Below, one piece after another: positions 41,928 through 53,305 of a DNA stretch of 64,000 bases; positions within the stretch are counted from its first letter, which is position 1, and each line of letters starts with the position of its first letter. Below the pieces are notes generated by a model. It made no database searches. It worked only from the letters and a program-made list of their open reading frames with translations, and had not been told where the DNA came from. This stretch comes from Tortispora ganteri (lineage: Eukaryota). The stretch is taken from positions 496,001 through 560,000 of the forward strand of contig PPNB01000003.1 in NCBI GenBank assembly GCA_003707115.1, written 5' to 3'. Both the position numbers and the translations under genes were made by a program.

Positions 41928-44900
41928 TTAAATAGAGGCAGCAACAGCGTATCCCATCATCAACTGAAACCTATCTCCAGCGAGCCCGAGAGAGCATTTC
42001 AATAATTCATTACACAGCTCTTTTCCTTCAGGATCAGTTTCAAGTCTTCGAAGTCCAGCAGTAGTCAGTTTCCATAAAATTCCTCCCCGTTCAACAGTAA
42101 CTGTAGCACTTCTCGGACGTCGCCCAAAAAATGGAATCTCGCCACAAGTTGTTCCAGGGAGAATGCATTCGCTAACTTTCCCTAGTCCTCCATACATGTA
42201 TTCAACTCTCAACATACCAGACTCAAGGATATAGAGTGCTTCTGCGGGCTCTCCCGCTTTATACAACAGTTGTCCACTCTGTGTTGTTTCTTTTTCAAAG
42301 TATTTAGCTATTTTAGCCCATACTTCCTCGCCTGCATTCGTTACTTCGGAGTAAGTTCGTAACAATAGCGGCTCCGGCTGTTGTACCCGTTTTAGTTTTC
42401 CAACTGTTCTGACACTTTCACTGACATCTTCATTAACTACGGTCTTCGCTGCTTTCTGCAATTGAGAAATTCGCGGTGAGGAAGAATAGTCCTCGAAGTG
42501 CTGCCAAATATGCTGCCCAACATTTCCAGAGGGGCTAATAATATTCTTGGCTTTGTCATTAATAAAACCAGCATAGCTGGCTAAATCATAATGCAGATCT
42601 TTCACGACTGCTGGCGTTCTTTCGACTCTGGGAATATCACTGTTGAGATTAGGTTGCTTGCTGGTATCAAGCTTTCGGAGCTCCTGACCAATATAATGCT
42701 GATGCTCATAGAACACCTTTAATAATTCATTTTCACAAAACTCCAAACCGGAATTGAGATTTTCGGCTAAAACTGTACCGTTGTCGTGTTCAGTGACAGT
42801 TTCACTGGTTTGGCTGGCATCGGACCACAGCCCTACAGCAGTCAGGCTGCGCGATATCTCGCTCTGTGGATTTAATCCACATATAACAAGAGTGACATCT
42901 TTAGTTTGCAACAATCTCTGAACCCTAGTGAAAGCTTCAGCAGCTGAGAAGTCAATGCCATTTACAGTTCGAAGATCCACCACTAAATATCTAATTGCCG
43001 ATTCCCAAAAAGTTCGGCCTTCAATCAGTTGACGCACTTCCTTTTCAAAGCTCACAATGGTGCCAAAAAATAAGAATCCAGACAGCTTCATAATATATAT
43101 CTGGCTTCCCACAGTCTGTAGATACTTCCGTTGAGCCGGGTTTCTCCTAACGGTAGATTGAAGTTCTTCTCCAGTGTATTGCGCAACCACAGCTGATTTC
43201 GAGGACGCTTGAACAACAAACGATACACATGCTAATATGATACCAACAATTATACCGTAAACGAAGTCAAAACCACCCATTACTAGCACAATTGTGACAA
43301 TAGTGAAATATTCAAATCGACTTACTCTGCCATATGTGTCAAACAATGCTTCTTGTAGCAACTCAATGCCAAGTAAGAAAATCAAAGATCCAACAACCAT
43401 GACAGGAATCAGTTCTATGACCTTACTTCCAAGGCTCATAACACCAGCAGTAAATATCGCCAAAAGAACGCCCGCAAATCGGCTGTTAGCTCCGCTTCGA
43501 ATGAAGAGCACACTGTTTGTGTAAACCAAATAGTTCTGGATACTTCCGCAAAACCCTGAAAGAACATTAGAAATTCCATGAGCGATTAACTCACGATCAA
43601 CATCAATATTGTCTTCGCCAATAGATATAGCTAAAGCTGGAACATTGATAGGTACATGAAGGATACCAAAAAAAGTCAAGGCTAACATAGCTGGAATGGT
43701 ATCCAGAATAGCATTCCAGTTGACTGCCTTAAAATCATAAAGGTGATAAAACGCATACCACGGTTCTTGAACCGACCCTGGTACAGAGAATACCCATCCA
43801 TTAGCTCTTGCAGCTTCTAGATTCCATGCAGGAACAACGGCAATTACTAAATGAAAAATTGCAAAAACCATTATAAAAAAAGAAGGGACAATCAAAGGGT
43901 GATGAAGCTTCTTCTCAAGCGCTATCAAAACGAACGTCAAGGCTAAAGGGATTGTCCATTGAAGGATCGCTTTACTAGAATTGAAAAGATGCTTAAGAGT
44001 AATCCAGTTGTATTCAAGGCCACCTTCAAGCCTTGCGGATACCTCTATACCCGTTGCAACAAGGAAATATCCTACACCTCCTATACATCCGACTAGAATA
44101 TGTCTAGGAAAAAAGCCAATAAGCGAACCTAAGCGCGCAAACCCTAAAGAAAAGAAAACTATACCCGTGATAATCGCACTTATAGCGTACGCGGTTATAG
44201 TTGTAGCAATAATTTCCTTTTCATGTTCTTCACCAAGTCTGTTAACTATACTAAATGCCATCGCATGAAAGAAAGGTACAACTTCAATCATCTCAGAGCC
44301 AATTCCCGCCTTAAAAGCACTGGCCCCCAGCGAATACACTAGCTGAGATACAATACAACTGACGTAAAACATGCTTAATCCTGTGGGGCCTAGGTTAGCA
44401 AACAGATCGGTACCTAAGGGAAACAGGATCATACCGTACGACAAACCGTCGAGAATGTTTAGAAGCAGTCCCAGTAGCACCGAAGATGTCAGCACAACAG
44501 ATTGTGTAGCTATACTTTTTGATGTAAACTCATTCGATTCATTTCTGAATGAGTCAAGGTCCATAAACTCGCTGAATCTGTCTGGTTTCTTTGTTGCACC
44601 AGAAGATCTTTTTAATAGAGGCGTTACTTCAGTGCCAGAGTGTCTAGAAGATGGCTCAGGTATTATATCAGTTTTTCCATGGGTGTTGTAATTCAGTATT
44701 GAGTCATTCACAATGCTTTTTTTGCTATCCACCGGAGAGTCCGCGACGCCGTACGCATCTGCCGGCGAGCCAGATATCGCAGGCGAAACTCGCAGGTCCC
44801 TTGAACCATAACTAAAGCAAGGTCCCGATTCAGATCTCAATGGATAATCATTTACATCTATTGGAAAAGGAGCATCATCACCCATGTCTAATTTAGACAA

Positions 44901-45101
44901 TTCTGCTGTGAATTGACGGACATCTAAAGAAGTGGCCGTCGGCGGAGGTGCATTGTACGATCCAACAGATCCAACGAAGGCTTCCGGACCAGTGACAGGA
45001 TTGCGCACATTTATCGGATAAGCCAAAGAGACTCGCCTTGCAGAACGTCTGGTCTCATTTATTGAATCGTGAGAGATAGATTGTCTTCGTTGAGGTCGCA
45101 T
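41928..45101 (-). CDS. VSB1: SulP/SLC26 transporter with STAS and cNMP-binding domains (vacuolar Vsb1 family)
   Basis: GLLLNILDGLSYGMILFP, GSEMIEVVPFFH, FFGILHVPINVPAL, GSIQNYLVYTNS, STAS region (LSGFLFFGT), C-terminal cNMP-binding domain (GTTCGEIPFF..PRSATV). Confidence 0.9.
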   Translation of the reverse strand: MRPQRRQSISHDSINETRRSARRVSLAYPINVRNPVTGPEAFVGSVGSYNAPPPTATSLDVRQFTAELSKLDMGDDAPFPIDVNDYPLRSESGPCFSYGSRDLRVSPAISGSPADAYGVADSPVDSKKSIVNDSILNYNTHGKTDIIPEPSSRHSGTEVTPLLKRSSGATKKPDRFSEFMDLDSFRNESNEFTSKSIATQSVVLTSSVLLGLLLNILDGLSYGMILFPLGTDLFANLGPTGLSMFYVSCIVSQLVYSLGASAFKAGIGSEMIEVVPFFHAMAFSIVNRLGEEHEKEIIATTITAYAISAIITGIVFFSLGFARLGSLIGFFPRHILVGCIGGVGYFLVATGIEVSARLEGGLEYNWITLKHLFNSSKAILQWTIPLALTFVLIALEKKLHHPLIVPSFFIMVFAIFHLVIAVVPAWNLEAARANGWVFSVPGSVQEPWYAFYHLYDFKAVNWNAILDTIPAMLALTFFGILHVPINVPALAISIGEDNIDVDRELIAHGISNVLSGFCGSIQNYLVYTNSVLFIRSGANSRFAGVLLAIFTAGVMSLGSKVIELIPVMVVGSLIFLLGIELLQEALFDTYGRVSRFEYFTIVTIVLVMGGFDFVYGIIVGIILACVSFVVQASSKSAVVAQYTGEELQSTVRRNPAQRKYLQTVGSQIYIMKLSGFLFFGTIVSFEKEVRQLIEGRTFWESAIRYLVVDLRTVNGIDFSAAEAFTRVQRLLQTKDVTLVICGLNPQSEISRSLTAVGLWSDASQTSETVTEHDNGTVLAENLNSGLEFCENELLKVFYEHQHYIGQELRKLDTSKQPNLNSDIPRVERTPAVVKDLHYDLASYAGFINDKAKNIISPSGNVGQHIWQHFEDYSSSPRISQLQKAAKTVVNEDVSESVRTVGKLKRVQQPEPLLLRTYSEVTNAGEEVWAKIAKYFEKETTQSGQLLYKAGEPAEALYILESGMLRVEYMYGGLGKVSECILPGTTCGEIPFFGRRPRSATVTVERGGILWKLTTAGLRRLETDPEGKELCNELLKCSLGLAGDRFQLMMGYAVAASI

Positions 45102-45785
45102 GATCTTGAAGTTGGTTTGATTCGCTACTATTCAAATAGATAAGACGAAATTCGATCGATAGCGTATTTACAAACACTCAACAGTTATATAATCTCGAGC
45201 AAATATACCCTTCAAGACGTCTTACACACGAAACAACTTCGCTGAAAAAAAAAAAGTTTGCACAGCTAATGACAAAAACGCTTTACTTTTATTCGAAATG
45301 TACCAGTCTTTTTAAGGAACTAAAAGACTTGCACCTTTTTTTCAATAGAGTTAAACTTCATCAGTACGCCAAGATACTGTTTATGATTGGTGTGCTCAGC
45401 TACATGTGTATTTTGATTGGTTAATAGCGTTATCTTTATAGATGGAAAATTAAACTTTCTTAGATCGTATCTAATGTAAGAACGACTAGACAGAACTTCG
45501 ATCTTTTCGTTTTCGAATCCGTGAAGATTATTCGATAATCAGTATATTTTCTGCAGAAAAGCTTTATAAATGAGATCTGATCATGATAGGTTCTCGGCCT
45601 TTCATCAAAAAGTCTACTACTAAGCCGTAACTGCGCATTACTCGAAAAAGTCGCTTATAGCCCCATTATGATCGACGAAACTCTAATAACAAGCCTGCCA
45701 TTCTCGCGCAATCCATTTTATTCTGATCCAGATTTGAGATGAACATTTGAGTTTTAATCAATACGATAAGCTCCCCTTCATGATT

Positions 45786-48230
45786 CTAATTATTCACATT
45801 ATTGGTCTTCACCTTTTCGCTGTTGTCGATTTCAAGTGAGAGGTTCAACCCTGTATTATCACCAACAGGTGGAACGCAGTGTGATTTTCCATTTGTAGTC
45901 GATCCCTCACCAACTGCAGAGTTGATTGATATAATCAGATTATCTGCTCCAGAAGGTGCTGCATCGTTCGTATACATAAAATTAGTCGGTGGACTAACAG
46001 TCGAGGGTACCAGATTTGCGGGCTCACTCTTCATTTCATTAGGTGCAAGCGGCACTGTGCTCGTTACTATTGAACTAGTCTGAGGTATAGCGGATATGTT
46101 AGTCCCAGTTTCCATTTTTGCTGTTTCAGTTGAAGCTCCCGAAGGTGACTTCACATCTAAATGTGGAGTACTTGACTCTCGGGAATCGAAGACGGTCGCA
46201 GTTGTTTCCCGATATGTTGCAGAGTCGCCTACAGCGCCGTTGGGGCCGTCAACATCCAATGCATTAGCAGTCCCTGAAGATGACACTTTTGTTACATCAC
46301 CGGAGTGAGCATTCGCGTTCTTGGAATTGGAATATACCGTAAAGGGTTGCACATTTGGAAAGTTTTGTGCATCATTAGCAGCTAAGTTCATAGGTGGCTG
46401 GATGGCTTGAGCATGCGAATGCATAACAGAAAATCCGGATGTGAAAGCACCGCTAGCAGGATATACAACGTTTTGTGCCTTAGCAGCTTCCATCTCTTTT
46501 AACCGCTGATCCTCTAACTTTTTGAGACGCAATCTCTCCCGCCTGCGTTCATACTTAGCTCGTTCTTTAGCTTGACGCTTTTCTTTAGCCAATCTAGCGG
46601 CTTCTTCCGCCTGTCTAGCTTCCTCTGCAATCCTTTCCTGTTCTGCTTTTTCGGCAGCAATCTTGCGTTGTTCTTCAATCTCTAAATCTTCAAGTAGTTT
46701 AGCCTGTTCATCCAAAGTCATTGAGCTATATTTCTTGCAGGACTCGCATATATATTCATATTGTGATTCATCGTTGTTGGCATGCAATATTTTCTCTCTT
46801 TCTTGTTCGGGAACGCAACGGACATGTTCCCATACTTCACATCTACCACAGCAAACACTCAGTTCTCCATCGTCGTAGTTCCTACCATAAACACCGCAAG
46901 AACAATCAAAAATCCAACTCTTTGAACTAGCGATTGAGTATATTTTAGATTCTGCCTTGTCACGAGCTGCTCGTCTAGCCCTCTGCGGTCTCGCAGGGCC
47001 TGGGGCATCTGGTTCTAGAGATGCACTTTCTCTATTACTTAGCCTTTCCTTCAATGCTTGCGCTTGACTTTTCAATATACGTATTTGTCTTTGCTCACGT
47101 CTTACTTCCCTTTCGGCAAGCTTTATACGCAATTCTTCGTTTTGCTTTCGCTCAATTTCTTTTTGGCGACGTTGGCGAATAATTTCTGCCCTCCTTTGAG
47201 CCTCTTCATCTGCCTTTCGTTTTGCTTCTTCTTCCCGTTGTTTGAGTTGTTCGACACGTGAAGAACGTTTTCGGTTTTGTATGAGCAGTTGCTGCAAACG
47301 AGCTTTTTCTCGGGCCTGCTCTGCTTTCAGGCGTTTCTGTTCAGCCTCTTCTATTAATGGCATTACTCTAGAATTGAGAAACTTGTGCATAGCCCTTTCA
47401 TCTGGGTGTTTTGATTTTGACAGTTTGGAGAGAAATGCGTTCCAGTCGTCATATGTTACACAAATCACTTCCCACTTCGGATCAAAAACTACAGAAAGAT
47501 CAAGCAAAGAAGAATCTTCATATGGGTCGCTGTCAGAATCTGAGCTTTCGTCATGAATAACACGAGTCGACCGTCTAGAAGAGCGAGTGGTTTTCTGATT
47601 TTTGGCTGACCTTGTGGTTCTTTGAGGCGGGTTCTCTTTTTTCTTAGCCTTAAAAGGGCGTTCAGCATATAGTACCGAAAACCTGTATAAGCGATTATCA
47701 TCGAGCAGAATATAGGAGGCGCCATTTTTATCCCAGCCTACAGGATCCATTCGCCATTCTATTTCGTCTGAATCCGTCCCTGCTTCTTCTAGAAGCTTGC
47801 GAAACTTATCTGGGTTAGCCATCTGAAGATTAGCAAGAGCATGAAGTATTTTAGTTCTATCAAAAGGGTCTAAGTCAACAAGACGGTTGTATGTGGGTTT
47901 TGAAGGCTGTTGATCTTCTGATTCCGAATGCTCGGATCCAACTGATAATATATGAGCCAATTGAGGGCATTTAGAAGATATTGTTCTGAAAGTGATAAGG
48001 TCTAGAGACTCTGGTGTAACAGCGACCGCTAAATTTCGCAGCAATCCTAGATGTACTTTTGTGAGAATTTCAGCTTTGTGATGCTGGCCAAGTAATGCAT
48101 CTTCTAAGTCTTCCACTTCTATGTCTTCCTTTATTCTGATAGTAGATCTGAAAAGAAAAAGCCATTCGAAAAGCGCAGAAAACTCCCACATATTACGGAG
48201 TTCTGCCAGGTTTTGATGGAATTCATCCAT
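45786..48230 (-). CDS. Chromatin protein with DDT/WHIM-like N-terminus and PHD finger
   Basis: LRNMWEFSALFEWLFLF, WRMDPVGWDKNG.SYILLDDNRLYR, WEVICVTYDDW..F, and a PHD finger CSC...CGRCEVWEHVRC...CESC. First ATG is at 48230. Confidence 0.75.
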   Translation of the reverse strand: MDEFHQNLAELRNMWEFSALFEWLFLFRSTIRIKEDIEVEDLEDALLGQHHKAEILTKVHLGLLRNLAVAVTPESLDLITFRTISSKCPQLAHILSVGSEHSESEDQQPSKPTYNRLVDLDPFDRTKILHALANLQMANPDKFRKLLEEAGTDSDEIEWRMDPVGWDKNGASYILLDDNRLYRFSVLYAERPFKAKKKENPPQRTTRSAKNQKTTRSSRRSTRVIHDESSDSDSDPYEDSSLLDLSVVFDPKWEVICVTYDDWNAFLSKLSKSKHPDERAMHKFLNSRVMPLIEEAEQKRLKAEQAREKARLQQLLIQNRKRSSRVEQLKQREEEAKRKADEEAQRRAEIIRQRRQKEIERKQNEELRIKLAEREVRREQRQIRILKSQAQALKERLSNRESASLEPDAPGPARPQRARRAARDKAESKIYSIASSKSWIFDCSCGVYGRNYDDGELSVCCGRCEVWEHVRCVPEQEREKILHANNDESQYEYICESCKKYSSMTLDEQAKLLEDLEIEEQRKIAAEKAEQERIAEEARQAEEAARLAKEKRQAKERAKYERRRERLRLKKLEDQRLKEMEAAKAQNVVYPASGAFTSGFSVMHSHAQAIQPPMNLAANDAQNFPNVQPFTVYSNSKNANAHSGDVTKVSSSGTANALDVDGPNGAVGDSATYRETTATVFDSRESSTPHLDVKSPSGASTETAKMETGTNISAIPQTSSIVTSTVPLAPNEMKSEPANLVPSTVSPPTNFMYTNDAAPSGADNLIISINSAVGEGSTTNGKSHCVPPVGDNTGLNLSLEIDNSEKVKTNNVNN

Positions 48231-48547
48231 TACCGCAGCACAACAGCTTTTGCCTGAATGTTCTTTGTATGTAGAATTCAGCGTACAAGGAGTCCACGTG
48301 CAGATATAGTATGCAAATGCGATATGTGGTACCCCAATGCGATGGTTGTCGTTTAAGTTTGATTTAGCAGGAGTTGTGAATGAGTTCGCGAACTTAAAGA
48401 ACGCGGAGGGTGAAGGATGGTTGGTGCTAGGAAAGAGACAGCTGAGATTGATGATGTGAAGCAACTGCCAGCGCAACTCTGTTACCACTACAGTACAGTA
48501 GTTACAAAAGAAGGAAACGCTTTATTGTATTGTATTAAATCGTTTAG

Positions 48548-49195
48548 TTAATTGTCTAGTTTATTAGTGCCACTTTTAATATTGCTATTGTAAATCCCCA
48601 ATCGTTTAAGTACTAGACTGTTCGGTTCAAACTTCAATAACTGTCGTGAGTTCAGTGTGGTCAGCGAAGCAGGTTTTGTTTCTATACGCTTATAATCGTG
48701 TGACTGGCCCACAAACTTGATTTTTGCATTATCACTGCTTTTTTCCTGCCTAAATGGCGCTTGGAACGACTGCGGAGTGTCCAGTATAGGAGGTTTAATG
48801 CACAGCAATTCATTGGATACGAATACCGCATTAGGGCCGGCAGCTGTTGATGATTTGCCTCCAATCAGCCCTGATGTAAACTTAGACCTAGGTCTCTTTC
48901 GCGCTCTTGGCTGTGAAATCTCGTTTTCTTCTGAGTCTGAACTGGCAGAATGTCTTTTGGAATAATTTGTGTACGATATAGAAGATCTGACATCGATAAC
49001 CTCGGTAGTTGTGAAGCCGCACAACGGTAGCATAGACAAACCCTTTAAAATCAAAGGTGTACCAATATTCGATAATGACGCAGCAAGTCCCATAGTTTTG
49101 AAATCTTCTTGATCCATAAGACTGATCACATTTGCGTCCAAACTCGTGAAATGGGATTCCTTAAGGTTGCCGTAAATCGTCAGATTTCGTGCCAT
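48548..49195 (-). CDS. Hypothetical protein (215 aa)
   Basis: ATG-initiated ORF filling the gap between two genes, with a basic NLS-like RARKRPR. No family recognised. Confidence 0.5.
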   Translation of the reverse strand: MARNLTIYGNLKESHFTSLDANVISLMDQEDFKTMGLAASLSNIGTPLILKGLSMLPLCGFTTTEVIDVRSSISYTNYSKRHSASSDSEENEISQPRARKRPRSKFTSGLIGGKSSTAAGPNAVFVSNELLCIKPPILDTPQSFQAPFRQEKSSDNAKIKFVGQSHDYKRIETKPASLTTLNSRQLLKFEPNSLVLKRLGIYNSNIKSGTNKLDN

Positions 49196-49581
49196 TGTGA
49201 ACGATGCGGTGAACGTAACAAGACTGAGTTTAAAAAAATCATAAAACTAAACGTTGAATGACATTAAACCTATTTAACTGGTATTCGTCCAATTTAGGGT
49301 AATATGTGGGGTATTTCTAGCGTCTCGTAGCTGAAAACTATAGAATGAGGGATGTGCCAAAATACCCCGGAAAGTTAGAGCCCAAACTATTACTCACAAC
49401 CCTATGGACCCTTACGATTGGCTGAACACTATTTTAGCATACTTCCGAGGGTTCTGCAGTTTGATAAAAACCTGTACACTTACTTATAGTCTTCATTTCC
49501 ATCTTTCTCCCTCTATTGTTACTGATCGACCTTGTACTCTTCTTTATCGATTCAGTTAATTATTATATTTTTTAATAAATA

Positions 49582-51030
49582 ATGGCTCCTCCAAAAGATC
49601 TTTCATCTCATTTATCAAATGAAGTCAAGCGTCGTAATCCGAGCAACTTGAAAGAACTGTTCAAGTATTTCAAAGACCCCTCGAAAGTAAGTCTAGGAGG
49701 AGGACTACCGCTGGCCACTTACTTCCCTTTTGAAAACATAAGTGTAACCGCTCAGTCTTCGGACGGTGCTGAAACTATTAATTTCTCTGTCAGCAAGTAT
49801 GAGCAGGGTTCAGATGGTGTCGAAGATATTCTTTTGAGCGAATCGCTCCAATACGGACACTCGGCAGGTGTACCTATTCTTGTAGATTTCGTCAAGCAAC
49901 ATACGAAAACTATACACAATCCTCCTTATGATGGCTGGGACTGTGTCATTACTGTTGGCAGCACGCATGCGCTTGATTCTTGTCTGCGAATGCTTACCAA
50001 CCCTGGCGACACTGTTCTTGCTGAAGAATTCAGCTTCTCCTCCGCAACAGAGACTATTCGCGCCCAGAACCTACATATCATGGCTGTGCCCATGGATCTT
50101 CAGGGAATGCTTCCTGATAAGCTTGAAGATATCCTTGCCAACTGGGATTCGTCTGTTCCGGGCAAGAAAGGCATGCCTATTCCAAGAGTAATGTACATAA
50201 TTCCTACCGGACAAAATCCCACTGGATCTACTGTCTCTTTGGAAAGACGTCAGAAGATTTATGCTGTCTGCCAAAAGTACGACATCGTGATCCTTGAAGA
50301 TGAACCTTACTATTTCTTGCAAATGGAGAAATATGATCCTAACCACCCTCAATCACCCGAAGTTCCTGCAGTGGTGAAGAACGACCCTGATCGCCAGAAG
50401 AAGTTTTTGCAGAAGCTGGTACCCTCGTTCCTTAGCATGGACGTTGACGGTCGCGTACTCCGTATGGACACTTTCTCCAAGGTGCTAGCTCCCGGAACAA
50501 GACTTGGCTGGATTACATGCAACCCACTCTTTGCTGAGCGTTTGATTCGCCAACACGAGGTCTCTGTTCAAACACCAGCTGGATTCTCACAAACATTAGT
50601 ATTCGGTCTTCTCAACAGATGGGGTCATTCAGGCTATATAGACTGGCTCATTCGTCTCCGCTACGAGTATACTGCCCGGCGAGATTTTGCTATGCAGGCA
50701 ATAGACAAATACATCAGCAAGAAGGTTTCGTCTTATATTGCTCCCGAGGCAGGTATGTTCTTTTGGATCCGTGTAGACGCTACCAAGCACCCTGAATTCA
50801 AAGAACTCGGCGGTAAAGGCGTCGAAACGTTGATATTCGATAAGCTGCTTGAGTCAGGATTAGTAATTGTTCCAGGACGCTGGTTTTTGTCTGCTACGTC
50901 TGACATGGAATATGCAGATGACAACACTGCTGCATATTATCGTGGAAATTTTGCTTCTGTGCCATCTGAAGCTCTCGATCAGGGCATCAAGCTATTTGGA
51001 GATGTCTTAAATCGAGAATTTGGACTATGA
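49582..51030 (+). CDS. ARO8: Aromatic/aminoadipate aminotransferase (PLP, class I)
   Basis: SLGGGLP..YFPF, LQYGHSAG, IPTGQNPTG, EDEPYYFLQM, and the PLP-lysine motif DTFSKVLAPGTRLGW. Confidence 0.92.
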   Translation: MAPPKDLSSHLSNEVKRRNPSNLKELFKYFKDPSKVSLGGGLPLATYFPFENISVTAQSSDGAETINFSVSKYEQGSDGVEDILLSESLQYGHSAGVPILVDFVKQHTKTIHNPPYDGWDCVITVGSTHALDSCLRMLTNPGDTVLAEEFSFSSATETIRAQNLHIMAVPMDLQGMLPDKLEDILANWDSSVPGKKGMPIPRVMYIIPTGQNPTGSTVSLERRQKIYAVCQKYDIVILEDEPYYFLQMEKYDPNHPQSPEVPAVVKNDPDRQKKFLQKLVPSFLSMDVDGRVLRMDTFSKVLAPGTRLGWITCNPLFAERLIRQHEVSVQTPAGFSQTLVFGLLNRWGHSGYIDWLIRLRYEYTARRDFAMQAIDKYISKKVSSYIAPEAGMFFWIRVDATKHPEFKELGGKGVETLIFDKLLESGLVIVPGRWFLSATSDMEYADDNTAAYYRGNFASVPSEALDQGIKLFGDVLNREFGL

Positions 51031-51300
51031 ATATGCTCTACATAATTTATCACAAACTAAACGTACAATTTAGGGTTCTGCATTGACTGTAGTAAACGCA
51101 TTAATTTGAGTCTTGAAAACACACTTGGTCCGGTGACTCCTTTACTAAGCCTGGGACCAATTACCCCAGGAGGAGGCAGATCCCTTTCATGTCCTCCAAT
51201 CCCCCCCATCTTATAATCTTTCTATACTATCCTACTATTGGACACCAAACGCGCTATAATCAATACTATTCTAACTACTGCAAAGAATAGGTTATTAAAA

Positions 51301-52962
51301 ATGTCAGATACTATAAATAATTCATATGCGTCTCGAGACCTGGATAGAAAGAAGATAGGCAGGCGCCATTCTATTGGCGACTGGACATTCACCCAAAATG
51401 TAGGAGCTGGTTCAATGGGTAAAGTGAAACTCGCAATCAACAACGAAACAGGCGAGTATTCTGCTGTAAAAATCGTTCCTCGACTATCGAAGAAATCTAA
51501 TAGCCAGGACCCAAATAAGGACCTTCGTACAATGCGCGAGGCCGCTATATCATCCCTGCTTCACCACCCTCACATATGCAATCTGCGCCAGCTCTTCCTT
51601 ATGACTAATCACTATTACCTCGTATTCGAGTATGTAAATGGCGGTCAGATGCTCGATTACATTATAACTCATGGTCGCTTAAAAGAAAAACAGGCTCGAA
51701 GGTTTGCCCGTCAAATTGTCTCTGCCGTGGAATACTGCCACCGGAATTCTGTCGTCCACAGGGACCTCAAAATCGAAAATATTCTCATATCAGCCACTGG
51801 TGATATAAAGATAATCGATTTTGGACTTTCCAATTTATACTCCCCTCAGTCTCTTCTGAACACTTTTTGCGGCTCACTTTATTTCGCCGCACCAGAACTA
51901 TTGAATGCTCGAAGATACGTTGGCCCAGAAGTTGACATTTGGTCTTTTGGTGTCATCCTTTATGTCTTAGTGTGCGGCCGTGTACCATTCGATGATCAGA
52001 GTATGTCTGCTCTTCGAGGAAAAATTCGCAATTGTGAGATTGAATATCCTGTGTGGCTTTCACCATCCTGCAAGGACCTCCTTTGCCGCATACTCGTCGT
52101 TGACCCGCACATTCGCGCTACAATGGCTCAAATTATTGAACATCCTTGGATGAATAAAGGCTATACTGAGCCGATTGATGTTTATATGCCTAATAGAACG
52201 CCTTTATCGCTTCCTCTGGACGACAACGTGATTCAGTCTATGGCTGAATTTGAATTTGGAGACGCCAAAACTATAAAGTCTGATCTCACCAGAATTCTTA
52301 GCTCCCCTGAATACCAACAATCATGTAGTATCTGGAGAAAGATGAAAGAGAAAAACGAAAAGAATATCCCAGGCTTAGCCTCAACAGGTTCTTCTTCAGG
52401 GAGAAGAAGCAGCAGGTTATCTCTGGGGTCACTGTTTTCGTCTTCGTCTTCATCTTCAGGTTCTGCAGAGAAGAAGTTCACGTTTCCATTCATAAGAAAA
52501 CAATCATTAAGTCCAAATACATCTTCTGCTTCGCATAACCGACGGCAAAGTATAGCAGTTGTATCGGATATAACCCCTACGAAATCCGAAAACAACAATG
52601 CGCAAGAATTACCAGAAATTGAGCCGGATCTAGGTAGAAGAAAGTCTATGTTTGCAGGAATTCTAAAAAAGGCGCGTGTTATGATGAATTCCGCTGCTGA
52701 ACAGGATATCAGGAATCAAATCACAGATCCAACGGCTGGTTACGTTTCGTCTGAGGAGACCTCCACTCATCAACTTACGCCTCCTTGCACTCCAAAAATA
52801 GCTTACAGTCTATCACCCTTGATTACTGAGCAAAGTAGTTCTGAGTATATGGATCCTACACGTGCATATGATCCACTTATCTCTCTTTATTATTTAGTTC
52901 GTGAGCGACTAGACCGCACCAAGAATGTTGGAATGCTTACCAGTCGCTCTGATTCAGTCTAA
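51301..52962 (+). CDS. KIN1: Ser/Thr kinase of the Kin1/Kin2 (PAR-1/MARK) family, lacking the KA1 domain
   Basis: GAGSMGKVK, RTMREAA, HRDLKIEN, IIDFGLSN and TFCGSLYFAAPELL are Kin1-type. The post-kinase motif DPTRAYDPLISLYYLVRE is also present. Confidence 0.85.
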   Translation: MSDTINNSYASRDLDRKKIGRRHSIGDWTFTQNVGAGSMGKVKLAINNETGEYSAVKIVPRLSKKSNSQDPNKDLRTMREAAISSLLHHPHICNLRQLFLMTNHYYLVFEYVNGGQMLDYIITHGRLKEKQARRFARQIVSAVEYCHRNSVVHRDLKIENILISATGDIKIIDFGLSNLYSPQSLLNTFCGSLYFAAPELLNARRYVGPEVDIWSFGVILYVLVCGRVPFDDQSMSALRGKIRNCEIEYPVWLSPSCKDLLCRILVVDPHIRATMAQIIEHPWMNKGYTEPIDVYMPNRTPLSLPLDDNVIQSMAEFEFGDAKTIKSDLTRILSSPEYQQSCSIWRKMKEKNEKNIPGLASTGSSSGRRSSRLSLGSLFSSSSSSSGSAEKKFTFPFIRKQSLSPNTSSASHNRRQSIAVVSDITPTKSENNNAQELPEIEPDLGRRKSMFAGILKKARVMMNSAAEQDIRNQITDPTAGYVSSEETSTHQLTPPCTPKIAYSLSPLITEQSSSEYMDPTRAYDPLISLYYLVRERLDRTKNVGMLTSRSDSV

Positions 52963-53305
52963 TGATTTCACAGGAAATTATAAGAATCCGATAATATACT
53001 TGGATTTTTTATAATTTTTTATTTTCATGTGCATTTGGCATTTTTTTTTCTACCATTAATCAGTTCATCTTCATTGCATCTAGTATTTTCATGTTTCGTT
53101 ATGTTCTTTATGACTGTCATGCTCTTTCGTGCAGCTTTGACTCCTAGTCCTTCCTATAATCTACATCTCAACAAATTCCTCTTCTCTCTAATAATTCCTT
53201 TTTCCTTTTATCTATTCTTATTATTCTAATTACTATTGTTATTGACACTATTAGCAAGATATGTATTAAACCTTAAGCTTAACTACATTCAACCTAACTT
53301 CCACA

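Noticed and set aside
48231..48488. 86-codon open extension upstream of the PHD gene from a GTG
   Set aside because: It has no ATG and no recognisable protein features, and family similarity starts after Met 48230. It is probably a chance open frame in the promoter/UTR.
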